Assembly (NCBI GenBank): GCA_020137815.1
Contig: CM035362.1
Span: 3,224,001 to 3,288,000, forward strand
Source: Hormiphora californensis
Taxonomy: Eukaryota; Animalia; Ctenophora
Length of the DNA: 64,000 nucleotides
Reading direction: 5' to 3'
Shown here: one piece after another, positions 48,046-64,000 of the stretch
Layout of the letters: each line of letters opens with the position of its first letter
How positions within the stretch are numbered: position 1 is the first letter of the stretch
Notes under the pieces: model-generated
Databases searched by the model: none
The model's input: only the letters and a program-made list of their open reading frames with translations
Told to the model about the DNA's origin: nothing
Made by a program: the position numbers and the translations under genes

Positions 48046-51000
48046 CAGGGTGTGAACTGCATGTCGTGTTTGCTAGTCGCGAGCGCGCTTGCGAGACAAG
48101 CAAACACGTCAAGGTTCATTAACAAGCATGCTGCTCAGTCATTTTAGATTTAATACACAATGTAAGGATACCATGTAATAGGTGAGACTCTTGCCGTCAC
48201 CCTCGTTCAAGTCCCGTGAAAAACGGAGCAGTACACGCAAACTGATGCCTGTTTTCCTCGCGTGACCCCGATTCAGCAGTTTGAGACACCAACTCTTTAG
48301 GGGGCCATATCTCAGGAACCAGACGAGATAGGAAAAATCGCCGTCTAATGAGGCGTACAGTTTTTAATCTAGTTTACCACTGTACCGGCCGTTTCACTCT
48401 CCGACCTAAAACAAAAATCGCAACCCCACAAAACTTCAAAATAATGAAATTCGCATCTCGCATGTCGTGTTGCATGTCGTGTCATGTTATTGACGCGCTC
48501 GCGTTCAACTCTCACACAGCAGCTGCAGAACATGGCGGGAAACATCGAGGAGTAGAGAGAGGGTCGGTGCCGAATCAAATATTTCTTGATCTTGATCTAC
48601 TCCATCTCTCAGCTATCCTACCCCTCATCAACTCGATCTCTCAGCTACCCTACCCCTCATCTACTCCATCTTTCAGCTACCCTACCCCTCATCTACTCCA
48701 TCTTTCAGCTACCCTACCCCTTATCTAGTCCATCTCTCAGCTACCCTACTCCTCATCTACTCCATCTCTCAGCTTCCCTATTAGGGAAGCATAAAGATGG
48801 AAACGATTAGGGGTAGGGTATCCCTATCCATAATCGTTTCCATCTCTATGCTTCCCTAGCCCTCATCAACTCCATCTTTCAGCTACCCTACCCCTAATCT
48901 AGTCCATCTCTCCGCTACCCTACTCCTCATCTACTCCATCTCTCAGCTACCCTACCTCCCATTTACTCCATCTCTCAGCTACCCTACCTCCCATTTAGTC
49001 CATCTCTCAGCTTCCCTACCTCCCATTTACTCCATCTCTCAGCTTACCTACCTCCCATTTACTCCATATCTCAGCTTCCCTACCTGCCATTTACTCCATC
49101 TCTCAGATACCCTACCTCCCATTTACTCCATCTCTCAGCTTACCTACCTCCCATTTACTCCATCTCTCAGCTTCCCTACCTCCCATTTACTCCATCTCTC
49201 AGCTTCCCTACCTCCCATTTACTCCATCTCTCAGCTGCCCTACCTCCCATTTACTCCATCTCTCAGCTTCCCTACCTCCCATTTACTCCATCTCTCAGCT
49301 TCCCTACCTCCCATTTACTCCATCGCTTACCTTCCCTACCTCCCATTTACTCCATCTCTCAGCTTCCCTACCTCCCATTTACTCCATCTCTTACCTTGAG
49401 ATGGAGTAAATGGGAGGTAAGGAAGCTGAGAGATGGAGTAAATGGGAGGTAGGGTAGCTGAGAGATGGAGTAAATGGGAGGTAGGGTAGCTGAGAGATGG
49501 ATCAAATGGGAGGTAGGGTAGCTGAGGAATGGAGTAAATGGGAGGTAGGGAAGCTGAGAGATGGAGTGAATGGGAGGTAGGGAAGCTGAGAGATGGAGTA
49601 AATGGGAGGTAGGGTAGCTGAGAGATGGAGTGAATGGGAGGTAGGGTAGCTGAGAGATGGAGTAAATGGGAGGCAGGGATGGAGTAAATGGGAGGTAGGG
49701 AAGCTGAGAGATGGAGTAAATGGGAGGTAGGGGAGCTGAGAGGTGGAGTAAATGGGAGGTATGGTAGCTGAGAGATGGAGTATTTATGGGAGGTAAGGAA
49801 GCTGAGAGATGGAGTAAATGGGAGGTAGGGAAGCTGAGAGATGGAGTAAATGAGGGGTATGGAAGCTGAGAGATGGAGTAAATGAGAGGTAGGGAAGCTG
49901 AGAAATGGAGTAAATGGGAGGTAGGGTAGCTGAGAGATGGAGTAAATGGGAGGTAGGGAAGCTGAGAGATGGATCAAATGGGAGGTAGGGAAGGTAAGCG
50001 ATGGAGTAAATGGGAGGTAGGGAAGCTGAGAGATGGAGTGAATGGGAGGTAGGGAAGCTGAGAGATGGAGTAAATGGGAGGTAGGTAAGCTGAGAGATGG
50101 AGTAAATGGGAGGTAGGGTATCTGAGAGATGGAGTAAATGGCAGGTAGGGAAGCTGAGATATGGAGTAAATGGGAGGTAGGTAAGCTGAGAGATGGAGTA
50201 AATGGGAGGTAGGGAAGCTGAGAGATGGACTAAATGGGAGGTAGGGTAGCTGAGAGATGGAGTAAATGGGAGGTAGGGTAGCTGAGAGATGGAGTAGATG
50301 AGGAGTAGGGTAGCGGAGAGATGGACTAGATTAGGGGTAGGGTAGCTGAAAGATGGAGTTGATGAGGGCTAGGGAAGCATAGAGATGGAAACGATTATGG
50401 ATAGGGATACCCTACCCCTAATCGTTTCCATCTCTATGCTTCCCTAATAGGGAAGCTGAGAGATGGAGTAGATGAGGAGTAGGGTAGCTGAGAGATGGAC
50501 TAGATAAGGGGTAGGGTAGCTGAAAGATGGAATAGATGAGGGGTAGGGTAGCTGAAAGATGGAGTAGATGAGGGGTAGGGTAGCTGAGAGATCGAGTTGA
50601 TGAGTGGTAGGATAGCTGAGAGATGGAGTAGATCAAGATCAAGAAATATTTGATTCGGCACCGACCCTCTCTCTACTCCTCGATGTTTCCCGCCATGTTC
50701 TGCAGCTGCTGTGTGAGAGTTGAACGCGAGCGCGTCAATAACATGACACGACATGCAACACGACATGCAACACGACATGCGAGATGCGAATTTCATTATT
50801 TTGAAGTTTTGTGGGGTTGCGATTTTTGTTTTAGGTCGGAGAGTGAAACGGCCGGTACAGTGGTAAACTAGATTAAAAACTGTACGCCTCATTAGACGGC
50901 GATTTTTCCTATCTTGTCTGGTTCCTGAGATATGGCCCCCTAAAGAGTTGGTGTCTGAAACTGCTGAATCGGGGTCACGCGAGGAAAATGGGCATCAGTT

Positions 51001-51194
51001 TGCGTGTACTGCTCCGTTTTTCACGGGACTTGAACGAGGGTGACGGCAAGAGTCTCACCTATTACATGGTATCCTTACATTGTGTATTAAATCTAAAATG
51101 ACTGAGCAGCATGCTTGTCAATGAACCTTGACGTGTTTGCTTGTCTCGCAAGCGCGCTCGCGACTAGCAAACACGACATGCAGTTCACACCCTG
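48046..51194. mobile_element. 3.15-kb palindromic foldback transposon with minisatellite core
   Basis: gtaac|cagggtgtgaactgcatgtcgtg ... cacgacatgcagttcacaccctg|gtaac (5-bp TSD). About 545 bp of unique arm sequence on each side, then inverted arrays of a 32-bp unit meeting at about 49391-49397. Confidence 0.9.
48590..50640. repeat. 32-bp minisatellite ctacctcccatttactccatctctcagctWcc in two inverted arrays
   Basis: Left array about 48590-49390; right array (reverse complement, longer) about 49398-50640. A hairpin of about 78 bp is embedded in both arms (48782-48859 and about 50370-50447). Confidence 0.95.
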
Positions 51195-51259
51195 GTAACG
51201 CTAAAAAGATTTAAGTCAAGTCCCAATACGGCTCCCAATTTTTACTGTCTGGTTTTATA

Positions 51260-51946
51260 AAGTTATATACCCTGCTAACTTAAATAATGCGCCAGTGGCG
51301 AGAAGTCCCACTGGCGCGCTCTCAATAAACAGCTAGTCCAGCGGCAGATTATTTCCCACTGGCAGGTTATTTATTTTTAACTCCTATGCAAAATTCAAAG
51401 TGTGTGTAAATGATCAGTTCTTACTAAAATACAGAGGGAACACTATGTGCAACACTTACACACTATATTGGAGAGAAAGAAAGGACACATTCCGTCAGGC
51501 GTCAATTACTCTCTCTTTATCTCCCCTTTTGTCTCACTATCTCTTCCTCTGTGTTATGTGTGACATGCCCCTTATCAGGCTATTTCTTTCACTCTCTTTC
51601 CTTATCAACTGCTTAGTAACTGTTACCAAACAGTGTACACTCAATTATGAGGTGTTTTTGACTGTTTCTCAGTTCTCTTTGTGTGTTTTGATTAGTGTTC
51701 TCTCTCTTGTTAGTGTGTAATACTTGAAACAAACAACTAAAGCAGGGTATATAACCTATAAACTCTTGTCACTGGCACGTTATAGGTTTAAACCCCTCGG
51801 CCTCTCCCTCGGCTACGCCTCGGGATCGTCATTGTGATTTAAACCAGTTTATCCGCCAGTGGCGGATAAACTACAGCTAGCTTCTCCCAGCGGCGCACTG
51901 GGAGAAAGCTATCTGAAATAACGTGCCACTGGCAAGAGTTTATACC
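51260..51946. repeat. Repeat remnant with nested short inverted repeats
   Basis: ttatataccctgct (51263) / agcagggtatataa (51742), tataaactcttgtcactggcacgtt / aacgtgccactggcaagagtttata, and multiple gccagtggc motifs. Family not determined. Confidence 0.4.
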
Positions 51947-52264
51947 TCATGTAGATCGATTATTATACACACATGCTAATGTAAGCTGAGTATGGTGCAC
52001 ACTGTTGTTTGTATTTTCTGCTCTTGTTTTGAAGCAAATCTAAAATTCCCAACACATATATTGCTTTTTATTAACTTAAAAACTAGAGAAAATAGATATT
52101 CATTCCATGATAGATTGCATTCTTGATGGGCTCTCCCACCCTGTCAAACATGTCTTGTAATGTACCATGTACCTAATTGATATGTTCATGGCGCCTTTTC
52201 ATTAATTGAGGGTTACAGTTTTTAGTTGGATTAAATAGCTGATATATTGTAGTTTTTTAGCTGG

Positions 52265-53894
52265 ATGGGTGGTCCGACACGGAAGAAATGGTTTCTAGGT
52301 ATGCGACAGAAGGATGAGTCGTATCACCTTAATACGGACTCTCTATCACATTTAACTGAATATCAGCCTAAACAGGTACAGGAACCAAACATAAACAAAT
52401 GCCTGCAGTAGGAACAACAACCATCCGACAATTGACCGCTGTGCGGCGTGGTGTAGCATGCTACGATTAGAGAAGTTGGTGCGCCGACACGATCTCGTGT
52501 AAATTGAAATCTTAAAATATCTCATTCATTTCAGAAGAAGGAAAAGAAAAAGAAGCGGAATGCGTCTTTATCTCTTGGAACTGAGTCATTATCGTGTCTT
52601 CCTGAGTACGATACCGAAAAATACAAGGTTTGACCTTCTCGTATGTTTTGGAGCCCGATTTTTATACCTTCTTCAGGGGGTGTCTTCCTGACCATTTATT
52701 TTTTAAACAAACAGCTGCAATTTATTGATGGCTGTAATTTAGTTCCCTCGCAGGGTGGAAGGGAAAAGGATGTTTTAAGGATCCTAAGAAGAGAGGGAAC
52801 ACTTGATACGGTGAAAGATAACATTCTGGACAACTCTGTGGACGGTTCTTATGTTAACCTTGCCGTGAGTTTATTTGTCTACAAGGATTCTTCTTAAACC
52901 CAAAACGTACACCACGCATTGGTCGAGTATGTTATATAATCCGGAATCCCTTTCACAGGAGTTTATTGGTTCAAAGCCCCGCAACCACCATGATAAGACC
53001 CACGATGTGCTGATAAAATGTGTGCTGCAGTTCATTGCACAGGAACCAAACATCAAACCGAGAAAGTTCACAAAAACAGGTGAACAATCAGTATAATTGT
53101 CATGTGGAATTGCCGAGCTGCCGTATTTTCGTCATGTTCAAATGTTCAATCCATGATCCCATCCAACCATATATTCCTTTCAAACGATCTAAAATTCATT
53201 TCTCCTACCAGGTACTCGGGAAGCCACTCAACGGGAAACAGTTAAAGTGAACCTAACAAAGCTCCACGCGACCGATCCAGAATTTGAGATAATCGCCCCC
53301 AAAACCAACCACCTCCAAATAACAGAACGGGAAGAGCTGGAAGACTTTGCTGATGTAAACTTGGCTTCTTACATCCAGACCGATAGGTTGTTCTCAGACA
53401 ACTCGGACTCGGAGCGTGCTGCTGATATGTCACCTCTATATGCTGTTCCTGGCCGGGGAAGGAGATCTAACAACTCAACCGGTATGGGATCCTTTGCAAC
53501 ATCACCCGAGCTAAGGTCACCGGGGGCTATCATAAAGTCTCCGAGCCAGATGTTCTCTCCTGCATTTAGTGGGGTTGGGTCTCCCTCGGGAGGTAGAATT
53601 AGCTCCAACGATGTAAGAAGTCCTGGAAGTGGGGTTAGATCTCCTGGGAGTGGAATTAGGTCTCCTGGAAGTGGATTCAGGTCGCCTGGAAGTGGAATTA
53701 GGTCGTCCAATAGTTCTCCTGACCGTATCATGGGGGCGTCTCCTGCTCGTAGCAGCAGAACAGGATCGTCCCCTGCCCGTAGCAGCGCAACAGGATCGTC
53801 CCCTGCTCGTAGCAGCGCAACTGGATCCCGTGGCAGTCCAGAAGGCCGGGCTAACTCTGTTGCTTCGCTGTCCAAGGTTGTAACTGATGTCTGA
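52265..53894 (+). CDS. Unknown protein (about 372 aa) with a Ser/Gly/Pro repeat C-terminus
   Basis: Phase-consistent GT-AG exons 52265-52375, 52535-52627, 52754-52864, 52959-53079 and 53212-53894. The C-terminus has (RSPGSGx)4 and (SSPARSSxTG)3. Confidence 0.7.
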
Positions 53895-54035
53895 AATTCT
53901 CTATAGTGATGATAAAATGACAAAATATCACATATAATGAAATATTTGACGGGAACTGAATGTTGAAATGGCATGTGTTTTATACGAAATGATGTAGTTG
54001 TTCTTTACAGTATATCTAAACGTGTTTTTTGTCAC

Positions 54036-54144
54036 CAGGAACCGACCGAATCAGGAAATACTGGTCCCTGATTGGCTGATCACCAGTCACGTGACCTAAA
54101 TAACGAGTTCTGATTGGTTGTTTACTTGTGTCGGTCGGTTCCTG
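54036..54144. mobile_element. hAT-like MITE family A
   Basis: Full TIRs; degenerate 8-bp TSD tttgtcac/cttgttac. Confidence 0.85.
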
Positions 54145-54284
54145 CTTGTTACCCTCGACCACACAACTTACAATCACACCTTTGCTTGAATTGTGTATTA
54201 CTTTTTGTGGTACAATGAACCACATGAATCACGGTGAGATTCATACAATAACTATGGAGAGAGGGAGAGATTCATGCAATAACT

Positions 54285-54326
<42 letters not shown>

Positions 54327-54519
54327 ACACCGCGTGAGATATTGTTGCTAGCGTTGTGATAGTGAGATCGTTATCATATGCAGCGATGGGAACAGAGGTG
54401 AGATTGGGGGGAAGGGAGAGATGTGTGTTCGATTTATCATTTGATCACCACTGAACCGATATAAGAAATTAAAAGATACGAGGTCCATTATCTATCACAT
54501 ACTGTGATGTGAAAAAAGC

Positions 54520-54585
<66 letters not shown>

Positions 54586-54825
54586 AGAGATGAACTAAGA
54601 GAGAGAGATGAAAGAGAGCTAAGTAGAGAGGAGAGAGAGAGCTCGAGAGAAGAGAGAGAAAGAGTAGGACTCTCCATACTTATCTGCTCGCCTCTCTCTC
54701 TCTCCTCTCATCCCTATCAAGTCTAGCACGTCTCGCTCTCTCTCTCTCTCTCCTCTCTTCTCTCTCTCCTCGCTCCTCTCTCTCTCTTCTCTCCTCTCTC
54801 TCTCTCTCTCTGCGATAGAGAGAGA
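54285..54825. repeat. (GA)n and (CT)n microsatellite cluster
   Basis: GA runs at 54285-54325 and 54522-54665; CT run at 54690-54810. Confidence 0.9.
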
Positions 54826-55424
54826 TTCGATCTATCTGGAGAACACAACTCGCTACCCACCCACCTACCACCCCTGCACACAACACAACACGTGTCTATC
54901 TGTGTGTGTGAGAGAGAAGGTCTCGCACTGTGTCGGGAGACATCCACCTCATTTCGACTGGTTTCAACGTGTGTTTGATATCTCCCAACCCCTCTCCCTC
55001 TCTCTCTCTACAAGATCGTACCAGGTTCGTACCATAGGACACTATATATTAGGTTTTAGGTTGGGCTACTGCACAGCTCCCTCCCCAGCTGCCATGACAC
55101 ACGTTGCAGTATAGTACGGGGGGGGGGGGGGTTGGATAGTATTATAATAGTGATACAGTGTGCTCTCTCTCAAGATCTATCATGCAGTAAATTAATAGGA
55201 ATTGACACTTGACGTGTGTTCATCATGAGATGCTGATCTTTGTAATAGTTCTCAGAGATATGATCTCTCTTTTTTATATGATGCTGACAGATCTTGGTAA
55301 TATAGTTCTCAGAGATATGATCTCTCTTTTCATTCAAGTACATTCTATAGTTAGTAAGGTTTTGATCTAGTTTTAGCTTCAGGATCAGATCAGTTTTTAA
55401 TGTATCGTTATCCATGGTCATACC

Positions 55425-56888
55425 TAGATCTGGGACTAAGCAGTAAGCACTGAGTAGCCCAGTGATCTGGTCAGATCTGGAACTAAGCAGCCCAGTGATC
55501 TTGTCAAATCTGAGACTAAGCTTGGTATCGAAGACACCTCACACTCTGTTTAGAGGTATCAGAAGCGCTTGCCCTATTTTTATAACGCGCTCAAAACGTT
55601 ATACTGAGCACTGAAAAGTTGTAGTCTACACTACATAGTTCTAGCTTAGGGGTTTGAGCCGCGCACAGGTCGACACAGAGACCAAATCTTGTTACTTTCC
55701 TGATTTCTTTGACACAAACAAGTATTGCAGAGCGGTCAATAGAGCTGGCGGTTTCAAACTTCGTCCGTATTCCGAGGGATAGATTAGCAGTTCAGTGTTT
55801 CAAACCAGGTTTAATTTGGCAAAGTAGAAGTTGAGTTACAACATATTTTGTACAAATGGTCCAACTTCAAGACCTTTTTAATTTTGATGGCCAGACCTTT
55901 GAAGATAGAAACTTCAAACTTTGCCACGATCTTTAATATGATGTTAAGCATACCTGACCTACTTTTTCAAAAAAAATTTCATCATTAACACCTAAAACTG
56001 ATCTTAAAACCAAGGTTCCGGAGATAATTTTTCAAATATGAGTACAGAATTGTAATTTTCAGACAATTTGGTGGGGAATACCAAAATTTGGTGCATTTTC
56101 ATTGAGTGGTTGAGGAGCTATTAATTTTTGAAGTGAATCAAACCGCTTCTGTAACCCCTAGCTCAGGTCGCCGGGCGACCTTCGCGCGCGCTGGCAAGGG
56201 GTAACTTCGTAACCAAAGACTAAGCAGCCCAGTGATCAGGTCTGATCTGGAACTAAGCAGCCCAGTGATCTGGCCAGATCTGGGACTAAGCAGCCCAGTG
56301 ATCTGGTCAGATCTGGGACTAAGCAGCCCAGTGATCTGGTCAAATCTGGAACTAATTGCAGCCCAGTGATCTGGTCAAATCTGGAACTAAGCAGCCCAGT
56401 GATCTGGTCAGATCTGGAACTAAGCAGCCCAGTGATCTTGTCAGATCTGGAACTAAGCAGCCCAGTGATCTGGTCAGATCTGGAACTAAGGAGCCCAGTG
56501 ATCTTGTCAAATCTGGAACTAAGCAGCCCAGTGATCTTGTCAAATCTGGGACTAAGCAGCCCAGTGATCTGGTCAGATCTGGAACTAAGCAGCCCAGTGA
56601 TCTTGTCAAATCTGGAACTAAGCAGCCCAGTGATCTTGTCAAATCTGGGACTAAGCAGCCCAGTGATCTTGTCAGATCTGGAACTAAGCAGCCCAGTGAT
56701 CTTGTCAGATCTGGAACTAAGCAGCCCAGTGATCTGGTCAAATCTGGAACTAAGCAGCCCAGTGATCTTGTCAGATCTGGAACTAAGCAGCCCAGTGATC
56801 TTGTCAGATCTGGAACTAAGCAGCCCAGTGATCTTGTCAAATCTGGAACTAAGCAGCCCAGTGATCTTATCAAATCTGGGACTAAGCA
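55425..56888. repeat. 33-bp minisatellite ctaagcagcccagtgatctKgtcaRatctggRa interrupted by a transposon
   Basis: About 3 copies at 55425-55521 and about 20 copies at 56217-56888. The long ORFs in four frames arise from the 33-nt period. Confidence 0.95.
55522..56216. mobile_element. Non-autonomous DNA transposon with 9-bp TSD (Mutator- or hATm-like)
   Basis: agactaagc|ttggtatcgaag ... cttcgtaaccaa|agactaagc; short imperfect TIR. Confidence 0.75.
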
Positions 56889-57099
56889 CAATCTATACAT
56901 TACTTTCTATAGAATTCTAAAGCTTTTTTCATTATTTTTTACCGCCAATGCTCTATACAGCACAGCTTGGTGTGTACCCTGCACTCTAATTGATTGAACT
57001 GTATCATGGATAAAAACATCTGAGAATAAAAACATTTATCTTTAGTCACTATATATGTTTTCCATTGTTTCTGGTCAATTGTGGAATGATCGTGTGTCC

Positions 57100-57288
57100 G
57101 TTTCTCGATGTTGAAATTGGGATAGTTTTGGGTCTCTTTTTAATACGTTTCCCGCTGTTGAAATGAAAAGTTGGGATAGTTTTGGGTCTTTTTTAATCCA
57201 TTTCTCGATGTTGAAATGACAAATTGGGATAGTTTTGGGTCTTTTTTAATCCATTTCCCGCTGTTGAAATGACAAATTGGGATAGCTT
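57100..57288. repeat. About 55-bp tandem repeat, about 3.5 copies, upstream of the RCC1-like gene
   Basis: gttgaaat..ttgggatagttttgggtcttttttaat recurs at about 57110, 57157, 57210 and 57263. Confidence 0.85.
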
Positions 57289-57481
57289 CGGGGAGGTCGA
57301 GGACGATCAGAGGCTTTTGAGCAAAAGCAAAGATGGCAAACCCAATAGGTATAGTTTCTATGAGCTGACGAAATGATTTAGATCCATGAGTAGTCGAGGT
57401 CTAGCAGTAGTTGCACATCGCGTAGTGAGAAGTCGGTCACTTTTTGATTATCCGTACTTTATTTTCAGATTTCAGTCGGCA

Positions 57482-61819
<4,338 letters not shown>

Positions 61820-61859
61820 TTGAACAGATCTTGTACACCGCTGCCCTTCCTATCCACTA

Positions 61860-61970
61860 CCATACTATGGGCATATCACGTGACACAATACTACCATATA
61901 TGGGCATATCACGTGACACAATACTACCATATATGGGCATATCACGTGACACAATACTACCATATATGGG
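61860..61970. repeat. 33-bp tandem repeat (3 copies) just 3' of the RCC1-like stop
   Basis: tatgggcatatcacgtgacacaatactaccata repeated; each unit carries tcacgtgac. Confidence 0.9.
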
Positions 61971-62874
61971 TACATATCGGTGTATCCTAGCTCTTGCGTT
62001 CTCTGTGGCCCTTCCTATCCACCTCTGAGTACAGTGCCGGTGTACCTACTCTTGTGTGACCCGAACATTGATATTCAAATTGTAAAATGTATAAAACTGA
62101 AAAAGGAGTAGTAGAGAGAGGGCAATGTGAGTTCATTTGCCCATCAAGACAATTATTGGTGAATGGTGATATAAAATGGGGGCATGCTAATAGATAGGTG
62201 ACAGGTGTCTATATCACCAAGCTAATAGACACTGATGTGGACCCAGTGATATCACCACCATGGGACTTACCATCATATTTATAATAATTGTGTTATAATA
62301 ATTGTGTTTCATCTTTTTGAGCCGAAAGAAGTTTGTGTTTTGTGTATTTTGGCATACAATTTAATATGTTTCCGGTGACGCCTTATCTGTAACCTGAGAA
62401 ATGCAGTGTCACAGTTTTCTATCGCCGCTATACTTTGTGTCGACATGAATTATGTACATTGTACTCATATACAATTGGACCCCGATTAACCAGACACCCC
62501 GATTTACCGGGAAAACCTTTTCCGGTAAATCGGTGTCCGACTGTACATGAATCTACATCAACAAATGGCTCAGATTGTGTTTTTTCATGATTAGTTCTTT
62601 CTCCACACACATGCCTTTAACTTCCTATTATAATACTGCTGTTTTGCCTACTCCTGGAGTGGTTTACCGTCGGTTTTAACATGTGCACTTCTAAAATACT
62701 CTAGTTTTTGTTCAAATGAATCGTTATACAATCAGACCCCGATATACCGGACGGATTAGATTCCCCCGATATACCCATGTCTACTGAATCTTTTTCCTCC
62801 AGCATCCCTGAAAATCGGGGTCCAACTGCTATATATCCATATTTTGTCAGGCCCACCCCATGTAGATTGATGGT

Positions 62875-63873
62875 ATGGATGTAACGACAGTGGACTCCCA
62901 TGATGAACTATCACGGGCCGAACATTTAGCTGAGCACGACCATTGGTACATTCCAATAATAATCTTTTGAAAACCCTCTTTAATCTATGATATAGTGGAG
63001 TCTCGACTTACCGGACCTCGTTATATATAACCGTGCGAAAACCCTTACCCTGAACCCTAAGACCCTAGAAACCCAGGTTTGACTGTATCAGGTACAATAT
63101 TGGTATTATGTGATATTTCAGGATATATATAGCAGCATCACTGGTTGGCAGTTTCCTGGGTACCTTTGGTGCAGGGATGATCATTATAACTAGTCTGAAA
63201 CTCAGGGCACCCACCATGGTCAACAAGATCATCAGAAATATCTCCATATTTGGTAATAACATCTCCATATTTGGTAATAACATCTCCATATTTGGTAATA
63301 ATATCTCCATATTTGGTAATAAGATCTCCGCATTTTGTAATTTACATTAATTGATGGTGTATTGTCTAAGGGGCGTGACGTGCCAAAGTCCAAGGACTTG
63401 GAACATTGAGTTGTTTTAGGTTGTTTTGTCCTATATCTGTGATTATTACCTTTCTACTTTTTATTCCAAAATGATGCCCTAATTTCCCCGACAGATATGT
63501 TCATCTCACTTCCCATTCTTGTCCTAAACGTTCTCCACCTTGAACTACATCTATCGCACAGCGAAGGCCACAAGAGGTAAATTGCCAGCTAAATTCAAAA
63601 GTTTGCTATATTAATATTTGACGAATAACCGAATGCTCATTAGTCAACCAATCATTCAATTATAATAATTGTCCATTATGTCGGCAGCGCCTGGTGGATG
63701 GAATCACATTCCTGCAAAATCCAATCCTACATCATCACAACCGCCGCTATGCTCTCATTCCTGTGGACCTGTGACTTTATCCCAACACGTGTTCCTTCTG
63801 TTGGCATACGGGATAAAAGGGGCACACCTTGTATATGTGGCAATTTACCCTCTCTCCATCATACCCCTGGCGG
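62875..63873 (+). CDS. 5' part of a cAMP-receptor-like / GPR157-like GPCR (continues beyond the window)
   Basis: Exons 62875-62945 (MDVTTVDSHDELSRAEHLAEHDHW), about 63122-63217 (IYIAASLVGSFLGTFGAGMIIITSL), about 63495-63576 (DMFISLPILVLN) and about 63688-63873 (SCKIQSYIITTAAMLSFLWT..LSQHVFLLLAY..YVAIYPLSIIPLA, one frameshift). The C..Q......S..WT TM3 pattern fits this family. Confidence 0.65.
63238..63328. repeat. 21-bp intronic tandem repeat (about 4 copies)
   Basis: atctccatatttggtaataaN repeated. Confidence 0.9.
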
Positions 63874-64000
63874 TAAATGGAGTCGGATATGCTTATAATG
63901 TGTTAGGTCAAGGTTAGTAGCTGCATTGATTTGTACATACACACATCACATGATATCTTATTATATACTAATTCTTCAATTGGATCAAGCCATTTCATTA

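Noticed and set aside
48348-50892. Mirror-image ORFs (MRRTVFNL..., HLLHLSA repeats)
   Set aside because: These are translations of the foldback arms and minisatellite; there is no transposase motif.
53369-53974. 201-aa minus-strand ORF
   Set aside because: Antisense shadow of the Ser/Gly-rich exon.
56217-56888. CRISPR-like array or repeat-protein ORFs
   Set aside because: Units are head-to-tail with no unique spacers and no cas genes; the ORFs in four frames follow from the 33-nt period.

Overview
Eukaryotic, intron-rich animal DNA, inferred to be a ctenophore (Pleurobrachia-like) from the protein families and the dominant MITE; this was not checked against a database. Frequent 1-nt homopolymer indels suggest a noisy long-read assembly. 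Genes: (1) a multi-exon class A GPCR (minus, 2816 to >6330); (2) six copies of a small intronless 7TM receptor (plus, 14.4-39.4 kb): two intact, two frameshifted, one disrupted by a Merlin-like MITE and one truncated; (3) a 12-exon DEG/ENaC channel (minus) with a PAN/Apple-like module in its thumb region, whose exons are out of order and which appears to host the GPCR array antisense in one intron; (4) two tandem secreted proteins with an unnamed beta-rich domain plus a Sushi/CCP domain; (5) an unknown protein with Ser-Pro heptad repeats; (6) an 11-exon RCC1-repeat protein; (7) the 5' part of a cAMP-receptor/GPR157-like GPCR. Intergenic and intronic DNA is dense with non-autonomous DNA transposons (hAT, Tc1/pogo, Kolobok-, Merlin- and piggyBac-like), including 1.4-3.1 kb foldback palindromes, plus a CR1/L2-type LINE fragment, minisatellites and (GA)n tracts. 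No RNA genes or CRISPR arrays were recognised.
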